DNA of 63,246 bases, filler included, from Octopus bimaculoides (taxonomy: Eukaryota): the NCBI RefSeq assembly GCF_001194135.2. It is 8 parts of 7 records of this genome, joined end to end, with 100 filler letters (N's around TTAATTAATTAA, not from the genome) between each part and the next. Parts side by side here need not be neighbours in the genome. Positions count along the whole stretch, not along the records: positions 1 to 26,859 come from NC_068986.1; positions 26,960 to 29,855 come from NC_068982.1; 6 more parts are not named here. One strand, 5' to 3'. Under the pieces are notes generated by a model. That model was given only the letters and a program-made list of their open reading frames with translations, searched no databases and had not been told where the DNA came from. The stretch's first letter is position 1; each line of letters starts with the position of its first letter. Shown in pieces: positions 12,862 through 27,059 of this stretch. Position numbers and translations under genes: made by a program.

Positions 12862-14313
12862 CCTCCCTCGCATTACCGAAACTTTGCGCTCGGAAAACCT
12901 TGCCGTGAAGTGGAGTTGCGTAACGTAAATTCATTTCTCCATTAAAGACTCGTTTATTGACATCTGTGTAAAAGGAGATAAATGGAAAATTGATTGCGTT
13001 ATGACGAGCTTTGGCAATCTATTCAAAACTTAAGCAACGCTGGGTGTGTGTGCGTTATCATATCAGCGGGATAATGGTTTGACAAAGAACATCTTAACAC
13101 TAAAAAATATTTCTCTGATTACCGAAAGCTGATCGAATGATAGCATATAGCGGGAGTAATTTAAAAAGAATTAAGGATTCCCATTAGATCGATTATGAAA
13201 GCACAGGTATAAAAATCAACAATATATTAAAGAAAATGCATCGACAAGTACTTTTAAAGGTCGGCTACCTGTTGCAAAAGAAGCAACCTCATAAAACGAT
13301 TATCACCCATATTGCTAAGGATAGAAATAAAATTGCTCTCAGCTCAATTCTCCTGTTTAGAAGGGCATGCTGAGTTTACCTATCTACGTAATTCATATTC
13401 GCCACTCTTACGAATGTTTAAGCAAAATGAAGATATTGAAACATCTCTCCCCTGCTCTCGTCGGAATTTGAAGGAATGGAAATATGCCTTCCCCTAGCCC
13501 TGTTAATATCGCCCTAGATGCATTGTATTTTGCGATAGTGACAAGGTGGCCGTAAATCTCCATCCTTTTCGGTTAAGGAAGGCGGTAAAGGTGATCCTTA
13601 GAAATGGGCTCGCTAGATAAGTGGGTCACTCAATAAAAGGCTCTTTCTATGACCACCACCTGCGCCTTGGGCCCCACTGTGAAGAACACGCATTTGCACC
13701 GGTCTGGCGGCCTCGTAAAGCATCATGGACACTACACTTTCCTGTTGACCTAGCGATAATTACCAGACTTGTCGTCTGTAGACCCGAAACACACGCTCTT
13801 GAAATGTTATTTTATCGACAGAAGTTTCACCAAATGGGTGTTTACTCAACTACTCCAAGCTGCATTAAGAAACATCTGTGACATTTTCCCCTATACACAT
13901 CAGACCGTTAATTGTGGACCTTGGCTTCTGATGTATTTGCCTTGCAAATGATTTGTTGTGAGATTCGGTGTTGAGACTAAAACAAATGCAGCGTATGGGC
14001 CTCGTATTGCCCATTCAAAAATACAAAAAAACGTTTAAACATTTATTAATTAGTCTCAAAATTTTCGTCACTCAAGCTGCGACTTGGAATAAATAATCTA
14101 CATATTTGTTCTATTCAACGTGGTGGGACTTCCCACTGAGAATAGGAAAAGGGTGCCTGAAACACAACCAAAACCAAGTTGACTGATCGATTATAGACAC
14201 CAAGCAATAACAACCAGAACGACTGACCGCTATAAATGGAGATGTAAAAATATATTTATAACCCTGAAACATTTCTCTGTCTGTCTGTCCGTCTGTCCGT
14301 CTGTCTATCTGTC

Positions 14314-14382
<69 letters not shown>

Positions 14383-14395
14383 CTCTTACATACAT

Positions 14396-14434
<39 letters not shown>

Positions 14435-14837
14435 GTTTGTACACTGAGATACATACATAAGTATGTGTTTACATGTGTGTGTGTGTGTGTTTTAAAAAAT
14501 GTATAGTAGATGCACTTACGGAAAACATACACAGAATGGCAAGTTATAAAACATGCTAAATGCACAGACGAACGGAAAACAGACGCAGACGTTCTTCTAT
14601 TCCTTGTCAGTTATCGAGCAGAGGATCTGACGCAATTTCGTGTCTTTAAAGATAATGTTCATTTCCCAGCTGGCAGTACTTGCAACAGTTGCAGGGAATA
14701 TGGGTCCGAGAACAGACAAAGAGTACATGGATAACAAGTGATATATATACACATATACCGACTGCTATTTCTAGTAAACATTGGTGCCTTGTTGTACCAT
14801 TACTCCCTCTTTCTCTCTCTCTCTACATATACATACA

Positions 14838-14891
<54 letters not shown>

Positions 14892-16432
14892 NNNNNNNNN
14901 NNNNNNNNNNNNNNNNNNNNNNNNNNNNNNNNNNNNNNNNNNNNNNNNNNNNNNNNNNNNNNNNNNNNNNNNNNNNNNNNNNNNNNNNNNNNNNNNNNNN
15001 NNNNNNNNNNNNNNNNNNNNNNNNNNNNNNNNNNNNNNNNNNNNNNNNNNNNNNNNNNNNNNNNNNNNNNNNNNNNNNNNNNNNNNNNNNNNNNNNNNNN
15101 NNNNNNNNNNNNNNNNNNNNNNNNNNNNNNNNNNNNNNNNNNNNNNNNNNNNNNNNNNNNNNNNNNNNNNNNNNNNNNNNNNNNNNNNNNNNNNNNNNNN
15201 NNNNNNNNNNNNNNNNNNNNNNNNNNNNNNNNNNNNNNNNNNNNNNNNNNNNNNNNNNNNNNNNNNNNNNNNNNNNNNNNGTGTCTTCTACGCTGTAATT
15301 GTTTTGGACTTTGTGTTTAATTTATAACGAATTTCTTTTCGATTCTATTCATAACAATTTCCACCTCGATAACAATGGTTGCTTTCAGACCGAAATTCCG
15401 TTATGTTATAAATATTCAACGCGTTGCTTTCGGTTATCGAACTTTTATTATATACTCTAGTTGTGTGTGTGTCTATGATCGTTACGATATCAATTTTATA
15501 TATACGTGTGTATATGTGTATGTATAAATGTATCGACATATATATGCGTGAGTGTGAGTGTATGTGTATGTGTGTGTTTGTGTTTAAAATCACAATATAA
15601 AGGGGATAATCAATAACCAGTCATTGATTATTATTTAATTATTTGCATAATTACTTCTAAGTTATTTTATCACATCGTTGGCCTATTGGATTGCTTGTAG
15701 GTATAACTACTTGCTTATTTCTGTAACTGTCTCAAAATGTTGCTTGTATACTTTATCATATTTGTGTTTATGACTGACAAGTTTATAATTGTAAATGGAT
15801 GCTTAATATTCTTATATACATCGGTTAGTAGTGAATGAGAAAACAGTAACTACATTTCTCTGCCCTTCCTCACAGACCAAAACCAAGCAGTCAATGCCAA
15901 GCCTCGACAAATCATGGTTATATAACAGTGGTTGCAAAATAAATAATTCTTCGATTGTATTTATATACCAGTGGAATTATTTTCTTTTATGATTAATACA
16001 AGAAGGAACATAAAATTCATATGTGTCCATGTATAACTCTCTCATTCTTCCACATAGCCACACACACATACTGTATGTATGGGTGCATGTATATACGTAA
16101 ATATTTTCTTTTTTTCTTGAGTCTTACAGTTCTTAAGATCGATTTTCCGGTCTCCGTGTGTTACAAGTGACACAGATCTCAGTAATATCTCTTCACCGAA
16201 CGGCAGTCTTCAGTAAGGTTCAATCTCAGCAATTTTGAGATGAGAGGACCAGTCAATTGCATCGATCCCAATACTCGACTGGCTTCTTACATTATCGAGC
16301 CCCGAAGGGATAAAATGCAAAGTTGATCTCGGAAGATTTGAACACGGAGCGCCAACAGCCGAAAGAAATTCAGTTAAGCATTTTGCCCAATGATTTTACC
16401 AACTCGCAACTTTCTACCTAAATATATACATA

Positions 16433-17087
16433 GGCGTAGGAATGGCTGTATGGTAAGTAGCTTGCTAATGAACCACATGGTTCCGGGTTCAGTCCCACTG
16501 CGTGGCACCTTGAGAAAGTGTCTTTTACTATATAGCCTCGGGTCGACCAAAGCCTTGTGAGTGGATTTGATAGACGGAAACTGAAAGAAGCCCGTCGTAT
16601 ATATGCATATATATATATATATATATANNNNNNNNNNNNNNNNNNNNNNNNNNNNNNNNNNNNNNNNNNNNNNNNNNNNNNNNNNNNNNNNNNNNNNNNN
16701 NNNNNNNNNNNNNNNNNNNNNNNNNNNNNNNNNNNNNNNNNNNNNNNNNNNNNNNNNNNNNNNNNNNNNNNNNNNNNNNNNNNNNNNNNNNNNNNNNNNN
16801 NNNNNNNNNNNNNNNNNNNNNNNNNNNNNNNNNNNNNNNNNNNNNNNNNNNNNNNNNNNNNNNNNNNNNNNNNNNNNNNNNNNNNNNNNNNNNNNNNNNN
16901 NNNNNNNNNNNNNNNNNNNNNNNNNNNNNNNNNNNNNNNNNNNNCCGTAATTTAACGGTTCAGTAAAAGAGACCGATAGAATAAATACTAGCCTTACAAA
17001 GAATAGGTCCTGGGGTCGATTTGCTCGACTAAAGGCGGTGCTCCAGCATGACCACAGTCAAATTATTGAAACAGGTAAAATACATAA
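16433..17087 (+). mobile_element. SINE family A copy spanning a gap
   Basis: 5' half and 3' half on either side of an N-run. Confidence 0.8.
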
Positions 17088-17088
17088 A

Positions 17089-17132
<44 letters not shown>

Positions 17133-19268
17133 TATATATTGCTTGTACGATTTATTCTTCTTTGGAGTTTAAGTTGTTTTCCTTTGCAAAATTCAAGCCA
17201 ATTTCAGGGAGTGGATTTTGACTTTTGAGGTCAATAAATATAACACAATTCTTGTACCCTGGTTGACTCATCTCCTTTACTGACATTTTTTTCTGATTGC
17301 GTTTTCTTTGATTAGACTTTGCTAAGATATAAAGAAAGATTAGCATCACGAAATCTAACAGAGACCAAGATAAGCCGTAGACCTCGCAGCGCAATTCCTA
17401 CGTGTTCACCCCAGAGGTGAAGAGTCAAACTATACATCTGCATGCATGTATGCAGAGAACAATCTCCCGTTGGTAGATGACCAAGTGCAGAGGATTGTCT
17501 AAAATGTGGCTTTGAAAGATTTCCTCTGCAACTATACTGACTTAAAACATGGCCGATATCAGTAACTTGGTCATTTAATTCTTTTCCTGCTTACCTTACA
17601 AAAAAAGAAACTGTTTTTATTCACCAACTTTGCCGGATCTTTAAACAGACGTGGTAGAAAAGTTTTGCTTTCCAACTACATGATTTAGAGTTTAGTCCCA
17701 CTTTGTGTGGCATCCTGCGAAAGTGTTTTCTATATATATATATATATATATATATATTCTATATCCTACATTAATATTATAAGAACATAAATAAAACATA
17801 NNNNNNNNNNNNNNNNNNNNNNNNNNNNNNNNNNNNNNNNNNNNNNNNNNNNNNNNNNNNNNNNNNNNNNNNNNNNNNNNNNNNNNNNNNNNNNNNNNNN
17901 CCCCCTCTCCCTCTCTCCTATACATACACAGTCTTTCTCAAAAGCTCTCACTTACACATTCTGTATTATCTCCCATACACAGCTATATTTTCTCTCCCTT
18001 CCTCTCACACAGTTTTTGTGACGCGCCAATTTATTTCTCTCTCTCTCTTTCTCCAGCTCTCTCTCTCTCTATTTCTCTATCTCTCTTTCTCTATCCCTCT
18101 CTCATTTCCCCTCAACTGTCACCACCCCATGGTACCCCCAAATTCCATATCGATATATCCATTACTAATCCAAAGATCTGACAGATTAGCACTAGTTTCA
18201 CTTCTGATTACAATCTACCTAATAATCGATATTGATTTTTATCCTCTTTTCTGTCTTTTATTTTTTATATTATTTTTTTATGTTTTTATATGCTATCATT
18301 CTAGTCATTGCTTTGTTTTAAATATGTCTGTGTTTGTATGTATGAAAGCATGTGTTTATGTGTAAGTATCTATGTGTATTCGTAAAACATGTGTGTCTTC
18401 TGGAGTGTGCCAAAGTGTGAAGTATATATGTATATACATACATATATATAAATATATATTATATGTACCTATATAGACGCAGAGACACATATTTAGACAT
18501 ATAAAAATGTATATATTAATATATATATGTGTGTGTGTTTGCGTGTAAATATGTAAATATATATACGTATATAAATCGAAACTACTAGTTACTATAGAGA
18601 TATACACACAAGACATTTGTGCAAAAAGAGACACGACTTCTCACATATTGCGTACACACACACTCTCACACACACACATACATACATACATACATACAAA
18701 CATACATACATACATANNNNNNNNNNGACGGTCCAGCATGCCATATGTATATATATATATATATTCAAATTTATAGAAAAACAAACGACGAAAGTAGGTG
18801 TATGAACAAGTGTATTAGTGTGACACTCGGGATAATGAAAAAGTCTTCTATGTTTCGAGCCTACGCTCTTCAACAGAATGGAATAAGAGACTATAACATA
18901 GAGGATGAAAGAAAAAAAAACTTGTACAATTAGCAATAAGATCCAACTCCTAAGTTCCTGCCTATAGGCTTACACTTCGTACACGCCAGCTCAATTTCAT
19001 TCGCTTCCCAGTCGAAAGACATCTGTTATTTGTTACTCTTTGTATTCGTAATCGTGTACCATATTCTCCGTTTATTTTATTATTTTTGCCTTTGTTGCCG
19101 TGTACATTCGCTAGACTCCTTACAAAGGGGGTCTAATGCTCTTAGTGTAGACCTTTTGGGAGGCAACCAGATCGAACCATCTTAAGTGTAACTGTCCGAA
19201 ATTGTCATGACTTCTGGAATTTGACTGAGGAAAGAAAGCCACAAATGACTCGTCTTTTTCTGCCTGTG

Positions 19269-19311
<43 letters not shown>

Positions 19312-19421
19312 NNNNNNNNNNNNNNNNNNNNNNNNNNNNNNNNNNNNNNNNNNNNNNNNNNNNNNNNNNNNNNNNNNNNNNNNNNNNNNNNNNNNNNNNN
19401 NNNNNNNNCTCGCCTTAATGC

Positions 19422-19458
<37 letters not shown>

Positions 19459-20010
19459 ATTCTGTGATCGAAGTGTAGGAAGAAAGTTAGCTTCAAGCAA
19501 ACCGTGGTAAATATAAAAAATAATTTTCAGGTACAATAATGGTGTATTGAGACGGACAGAATCGAAACTAGACTTTCCCCAGAATCGCCGTAGTCCTATG
19601 ACGGAAACAATTTAAGCAAAATAAATACAAGAGACCCCCCCCCCTTGCGCAAATATCCATACATTCTGTCAATACTTCTATATACTCCCTGTACATCAAT
19701 CCTCACTCTGTTCACCTTCTTATCTTTCTGGAATTATCTTTAAATATATCTGAGAGTATTACCCTTCCCTCTAACACACGCTCTCGCTCTCACTCAACTC
19801 ACTCTCCATTACTCTTATTCTCTGATATCCTTCTCTCACACTCTTTCTCTCTCTCTTTGCCATTCACATTGTTCTTAAAAATGTTCGTACTTCCGGTATA
19901 CTCTTGTTTACTCCCCACTACACCGATACTCACTGTCTGTCCACCTCCTTATCTTTCCGAAATTATCACTCAATGTATCTATGAATATTGCACTTCTTTC
20001 ATACAATCTC

Positions 20011-20078
<68 letters not shown>

Positions 20079-20127
20079 NNNNNNNNNNNNNNNNNNNNNN
20101 NNNNNNNNNNNNNNNNNNNNNNNNNNN

Positions 20128-20177
<50 letters not shown>

Positions 20178-20180
<3 letters not shown>

Positions 20181-20273
20181 TTTCTGCCTCTCCTACTCTT
20201 TCTGTCTCTCCTACTCTTTCTGCCTCTCCTACTCTTTCTGCCTCTCCTACTCTTTCTGCTTCTCCTACTCTTT
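20178..20273 (+). repeat. 18-bp minisatellite (CTCTTTCTGCCTCTCCTA) x~5
   Basis: Visible directly. Confidence 0.9.
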
Positions 20274-21914
20274 CACCACACACACAGTTTTACTCGCTCA
20301 CTCTCTTATCTCTCTGTCTCTCTCACCATATCTCTTTTTTTCTCTTACATATAAAGTATTTTCTGTTAATTATCTCCCCTTCTCTCACTCTTTCACACGC
20401 ATATACACAGTTTTTATCACTCCCTCTTATCCAGTCTATCTCAGCTTTACCTTCCCTTTCTCTTACCACCTTCCCTTCTCTCCCCCTCTCCCTCTCTCCT
20501 ATACATACACAGTCTTTCTCAAAAGCTCTCACTTACACATTCTGTATTATCTCCCATACACAGCTATATTTTCTCTCCCTTCCTCTCACACAGTTTTTGT
20601 GACGCGCCAATTNNNNNNNNNNNNNNNNNNNNNNNNNNNNNNNNNNNNNNNNNNNNNNNNNNNNNNNNNNNNNNNNNNNNNNNNNNNNNNNNNNNNNNNN
20701 NNNNNNNNNNNNNNNNNNNNNNNNNNNNNNNNNNNNNNNNNNNNNNNNNNNNNNNNNNNNNNNNNNNNNNNNNNNNNNNNNNNNNNNNNNNNNNNNNNNN
20801 NNNNNNNNNNNNNNNNNNNNNNNNNNNNNNNNNNNNNNNNNNNNNNNNNNNNNNNNNNNNNNNNNNNNNNNNNNNNNNNNNNNNNNNNNNNNNNNNNNNN
20901 NNNNNNNNNNNNNNNNNNNNNNNNNNNNNNNNNNNNNNNNNNNNNNNNNNNNNNNNNNNNNNNNNNNNNNNNNNNNNNNNNNNNNNNNNNNNNNNNNNNN
21001 NNNNNNNNNNNNNNNNNNNNNNNNNNNNNNNNNNNNNNNNNNNNNNNNNNNNNNNNNNNNNNNNNNNNNNNNNNNNNNNNNNNNNNNNNNNNNNNNNNNN
21101 NNNNNNNNNNNNNNNNNNNNNNNNNNNNNNNNNNNNNNNNNNNNNNNNNNNNNNNNNNNNNNNNNNNNNNNNNNNNNNNNNNNNNNNNNNNNNNNNNNNN
21201 NNNNNNNNNNNNNNNNNNNNNNNNNNNNNNNNNNNNNNNNNNNNNNNNNNNNNNNNNNNNNCGTACACACACACTCTCACACACACACATACATACATAC
21301 ATACATACAAACATACATACATACATACATAATACAAACAAACATACATACATACATACATACATACATACATACATACATACATACACACATGCACAGA
21401 CACGTACAAGCTCACAGACGTGATACTATCGCAGTTTCAAATCTCAGCTCTCCGTACATGTCCTCGATTCCCATCGAATTTATTCTCCTCCGGAGTTTTT
21501 TCTCTGAAATTTTCTTTCCACCATTTCCTTCCCGTCCTTCATTTTTCCTTGCCTTATATTTCCTCGCCCTTCCTCTCACACTGTTCTTATGTTAATTGGA
21601 GTTCCGAGGTCGAGTCCCAAAGACGTTGGTATTAAAGCTAAAAAGCATGAAAATGAACAACGGTGGTCGAGGGAACAAATTAGATGTTTTTTCATTATTT
21701 TCCCTTCATTTCTTCATATATTCTTCATTAACAAATTCTTTCATAATTTTTATCTTCAGTTTTTATTTCGTCATAGTCTTTATATTTTATTTTTCTGCTT
21801 ATTCCTTCTTCATTGAATGTCAATTTATTTATTCATATATTTCGAACTTCATTCAATTACCTCTTTCTTATTTTCCCGTATTCTTCTTTTTTTTTCTCTT
21901 TTACATGTTTCAAT

Positions 21915-22103
21915 AATTTGACAGTAGCCATGCTGGAGCACCGCCTTTAGTCGAGCAAATCGACCCCAGGGCTTATTCTTTGTAAGTCTAGTACTTATTC
22001 TATTGGTCTCTTTTGCCGAACCGCTAAGTTACGGGACCGGAAACAAACTAACACAGATTGTCAGCACTGCTCTACCCGAGGCTATTGTAGAAGACACTTG
22101 CGC
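21915..22103 (-). mobile_element. SINE family A partial copy (second partial at ~22620-22860)
   Basis: CCATGCTGGAGCACCGCCTTTAGTCGAGCAAATCGACCCCAGG..TTTTGCCGAACCGCTAAGTTACGGG. Confidence 0.75.
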
Positions 22104-23211
22104 NNNNNNNNNNNNNNNNNNNNNNNNNNNNNNNNNNNNNNNNNNNNNNNNNNNNNNNNNNNNNNNNNNNNNNNNNNNNNNNNNNNNNNNNNNNNNNNNN
22201 NNNNNNNNNNNNNNNNNNNNNNNNNNNNNNNNNNNNNNNNNNNNNNNNNNNNNNNNNNNNNNNNNNNNNNNNNNNNNNNNNNNNNNNNNNNNNNNNNNNN
22301 NNNNNNNNNNNNNNNNNNNNNNNNNNNNNNNNNNNNNNNNNNNNNNNNNNNNNNNNNNNNNNNNNNNNNNNNNNNNNNNNNNNNNNNNNNNNNNNNNNNN
22401 NNNNNNNNNNNNNNNNNNNNNNNNNNNNNNNNNNNNNNNNNNNNNNNNNNNNNNNNNNNNNNNNNNNNNNNNNNNNNNNNNNNNNNNNNNNNNNNNNNNN
22501 NNNNNNNNNNNNNNNNNNNNNNNNNNNNNNNNNNNNNNNNNNNNNNNNNNNNNNNNNNNNNNNNNNNNNNNNNNNNNNNNNNNNNNNNNNNNNNNNNNNN
22601 NNNNTGAATCATCTTCCTTTCTTTCATTCATTTTTTTTCTTTTTTACTTGTTTCAGTCACTGGACAACGGCAGTGCTGGGGCGCCAAAGTGTAGAACCAA
22701 TTGACGCCCGTATTTATTAGTCTGATACTTATTCAATCAATTTCTTTTCTGAATCGCTAAGTTACGGGACCGGAAACAAACTAACACAGATTGTCAGCAC
22801 TGCTCTACCCGAGGCTATTGTAGAAGACACTTGCGCTGAGTGCCGTGACGTGGAACTAAACATAAAATTACATAATTCCAAGGCGAACTCTTTAATCACG
22901 TAGCAATGTCTTTTCTCTACGATTCTGTATTGAAGTATATGAAGCATAAGTCCTTCCTCACACTTTTCCCCTTCTCCTTCCCCCTTAAATCATTATTTTA
23001 TATTCATTTTCAATATGTCATCGCAGGGAGACCTTATAATTACTTAAATTTCCATGCCCCTTCCTCACATTATATTTATTTCTCACTTTACCTGATTCTC
23101 TCTCTATCGTTATGCATGTCTGTGTCAAATGGCCCGTCTTCATTCTCTTTATCTATGTAATTATATACCAAGTGCTTCCTGCATCACACCATCTCTCTGT
23201 CTCTGTCTGTG

Positions 23212-23244
<33 letters not shown>

Positions 23245-23248
23245 GTCT

Positions 23249-23279
<31 letters not shown>

Positions 23280-24285
23280 AGAGAGACAAATATGGAACTA
23301 TATATGCACACAGACACATCCAAAGAGTTTGAAAATATGTATTTGATTAGGTTAACGCTTCATTGGTCAGTGAGAGAGACTCAACATTTCGGACATTCGT
23401 CCTTCATCAAGCGAAAGAAAAGAGACACATAATGAGAATGTGAAAGAGAAATAGGGAATTTATTTTAAAAACCACCCCACAAAAGAGGCATAATTTTCAT
23501 TTCTTTTTTTTTTTACTAACTTTATTATTTTTTTTTCTGTTTTCTATACCTTTTATGGTTCTCATTTTTCTTATCTTGAAAGATTAGCCTATGAAAAGTT
23601 AAGAGACGTTCCTTCTCTTAAGCACCCTTAAACTACTAACATATCTCTAATTTGTTCTCCCTCCGCTGTTCTTTTTTGATGCTTATTAGCTTTACACCAT
23701 ACCAACCTCTTCGGGATTCGAACTCGGTACTCCAACTTTGATCTCAATCTTCGAGACATCCACATTGGATATATTTTTACTGACATGCGTTAAGACATGC
23801 GCGCCCCCTATTTCTACATATATTCATACATATATGTGCGTGTGCGTGTGTGTAGTGGTCTCAATATGCAAAATATATTTTATAGACATTATAAAAATAC
23901 ATTTTATATATTCTTAAATAGAAGAACTTCAAGCAGTAGACATTTATTCAGGCTGCTATTTCCAATAGACATTTTCACGTGGTCAGGAAAAGTGAACGAG
24001 AAATAGAAAATCACGTAAAAATATCTTGCCGTCATCTCATAACTCGTACTCGAGACATTGGCGAATTTCTCCTATAATGGTAAGCACAAATTCATTTCCA
24101 AAAACAATCTCTGCAAGCATTTTGAATAATTTATCTCAACGATGCTCATTTGAGAGAATGAGAAAGACAAAAGTTTGTGGAAAAGACATATTCACAAAAC
24201 TTCTAAGAGACTATCGCTGATTTCTTTATAATTAATTTTGTTCGTTATTATCTGATAAATCTCTGAAAAGGTCTTAATCGGAATA

Positions 24286-24326
<41 letters not shown>

Positions 24327-24569
24327 NNNNNNNNNNNNNNNNNNNNNNNNNNNNNNNNNNNNNNNNNNNNNNNNNNNNNNNNNNNNNNNNNNNNNNNNNN
24401 NNNNNNNNNNNNNNNNNNNNNNNNNNNNNNNNNNNNNNNNNNNNNNNNNNNNNNNNNNNNNNNNNNNNNNNNNNNNNNNNNNNNNNNNNNNNNNNNNNNN
24501 NNNNNNNNNNNNNNNNNNNNNNNNNNNNNNNNNNNNNNNNNNNNNNNNNNNNNNNNNNNNNNNNNNNNN

Positions 24570-24615
<46 letters not shown>

Positions 24616-24984
24616 CATACACACACACACACAAACACGTTTCTGACTGAGCAGAATATGCTTTGTCTTTTTTTATTAGAATAGCAACTCTACGACCTAC
24701 GTAAATAAACTTAAGCAGTCATAACAGAGTAAATAAATAATGCTTTATAATAATCAAATATATATCCGCCACACACCCAAGGCAATTCGTAAAAGTCTTT
24801 ACTGTGTGTTTGTGTGTAGATGTATATATACGCTCACACACGCACAGGCACCACAAACACACAGATATGCGTTTGCTGATATATAGCTGTATAATCGCTC
24901 TCTTCCTCAATGAGCTTCCTTTTTATGAGTAAAGGACTACTGGCTGATTTCATGTATGGATGCATGTATGCCATTATTCAGTTT

Positions 24985-25440
24985 CATTTCAAGATTTCTT
25001 GCCAATAGAGAAAGAATTGCTTTCTAACCAAGATCCAAGGCTCCTTCATTGGAATTTCAACATCAACAACAGGGTATGTATGTATGTATGCATGTGTGTA
25101 TGTATGTATGTATGTATGCATGCATGTATGTATGAATGTGCAGATTTGTATGTTTTATGCAACGTATTCTCATACATATATTTACATATCTAGACATGCC
25201 CATATATATTTAAATGATAAACTTCTGGAAAGTTTTACAGATTTTTACAGTTCCAGTGATGGATTGGATCTGTAATCTTCGAATTAGCTTTCTCCTTTCT
25301 GGTCTTGGGAAGCCTAATTCCTCAAGATTGGTATTAAGGTAGTGTGTTATATATCCCACGGCCTCAATAATGACAGGTATAAACTTGAACTTGTAATCTG
25401 GATAGAGTAACTGCAGATTTCTCAATAGTTCAGCTTAGAT
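24985..25440 (-). mobile_element. 5'-truncated REL-type non-LTR retrotransposon 3' end with (CATA)n-containing 3' UTR
   Basis: LRNLQLLYPDYKFKFIPVIIEAVGYI..LEELGF..RRLQIQSITGTVKICKTF; the UTR segment recurs at ~44945-45020 and ~45075-45165. Confidence 0.65.
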
Positions 25441-25900
25441 GTTCTCTTTTTCACTGATCTTCAGCTTTGTATTGTATGTATGTGTATGTATGTATATATC
25501 TATGTATATATCTATGTATGTATGTATGTATGTATGTATGTGTGTCTGTATGTATGTGTGTCTGTATGTATGTGTGTGTATGCAGGTGTGTATATTTCCG
25601 TGTGTGTTTGCTGCATTAGGAGCAAACACAACTGATAAAAGCAAGCAAAATCTGGAATTTGTATTCAAAATGAACGGATACTATTTAAAATATGTTTAGT
25701 TCTGCAATGTCTAATAATTTATTTCTGTTTAATACATTTCCTCACATATGACTATAGAACAAAAATGAACAAAAAGGAACATTCAGTCATTGCTCCATTG
25801 TGAGGAAGTAGCTAGCTCCGAAACGTTAAAAGGCTAATACTTCCAAATTGAATTTAAATGAATAATTAAACTCCTTAGTAATCAGATCGAATTAGGTGTA

Positions 25901-26315
25901 GGCGCAGGAGTGGCTGTGTGGTAAGTAGCTTGCTTTCCAGCCACATAGTTCTGGGTTTAGTCCCATTGCGTGGCACCTTGGGCGAATGTTTTCTACTATA
26001 GCCTCGGGCCGACCAAAGTCTTGTGAGTAGATTTGGTAGACGGAAACTGAAAGAAGCCCGTAGTATATATTTACATATGCGTGTATGTGTGTTTGTGTGT
26101 GTACTTGTGTGTGTTTGTGTCTATTTTGCCTCCTCTCCCCAACGTCGCCCGACAACCGATGCTGGTGTGTTTACGTCCCCGTAAATTAGCGGTTCGGCAA
26201 AAGGGCCGATAGAATAAGTACCAGGCTTACAAAGGATAAGTCCTGGGGTTGATTTGCTCCACTACAGGCAGTGCTCCAGCATGGCCGCAGTCAAATGACT
26301 GAAACGAATAAAAGA
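25901..26315 (+). mobile_element. SINE family A copy, complete
   Basis: Match to 1763-2180 over full length. Confidence 0.85.
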
Positions 26316-26859
26316 ATATATATATATACATATGTATATGTATATACAAGAATAAGGGCAGGGAATCGTCAATTAATAATAGAATTAATAATTAACAATT
26401 TTGCCAAGTAGTTCAGTATGAAAAAACCTTTATCAGTAATACCATTTATCATCATAAATATACAGGGATTAGCATTGAGTTGCTTTTCCAGCATAATGAA
26501 CATTTAGAAATAGCAGTCAAAGAACTAACTGATTCTAAACTACAAATTTTTCTCTAAATGGATGGCGATATTTATGGCACACATAGAACAAACAACCGGA
26601 GGAGAAAGCATAAACAAAACAAGTCTTTAGTTAATCGGATACGATCGTTTCATGGTTAAGAGAATGAAAAATCCCTATTCCAATCCTCAGTCCGATATTC
26701 TGATAAATTTGAAAGTGTCTCTAAAAAAATTCACGGTAATTTTTGGCCATGCGACACCAAAAATCAACGATAAGAAAGGCACTTACGAATTCATCGGTTA
26801 GTGAGTTCAGGCATCCCATCTCAAAGAAATCTATTCCATGTGCGTCATAAATAGTCCCG

Positions 26860-26959
26860 NNNNNNNNNNNNNNNNNNNNNNNNNNNNNNNNNNNNNNNNN
26901 NNNTTAATTAATTAANNNNNNNNNNNNNNNNNNNNNNNNNNNNNNNNNNNNNNNNNNNN
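26860..26959. other. Artificial scaffold linker 44N-TTAATTAATTAA-44N (also 29856-29955, 49195-49294, 51694-51793, 54337-54436, 56739-56838, 60796-60895)
   Basis: Identical 100-nt construct occurs seven times; the 12-mer gives stops in all six frames. Confidence 0.95.
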
Positions 26960-27059
26960 GTCAAATGACTGAAACATGTAAAAGAATGAAAAAAAGAAAA
27001 GAATATATATATATATATATATAGGTTGAAAATATGTGGAAAACAAATATAAAAAGTTG

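Noticed and set aside
14134-14170. CTGAGAA-TAGG..CCT-GAAA hammerhead-like string
   Set aside because: C3/A8 mismatch, no UH triplet and no stem I pairing
26904-26915. TTAATTAATTAA as a biological motif
   Set aside because: Always centred in exactly 44N+44N; assembly linker
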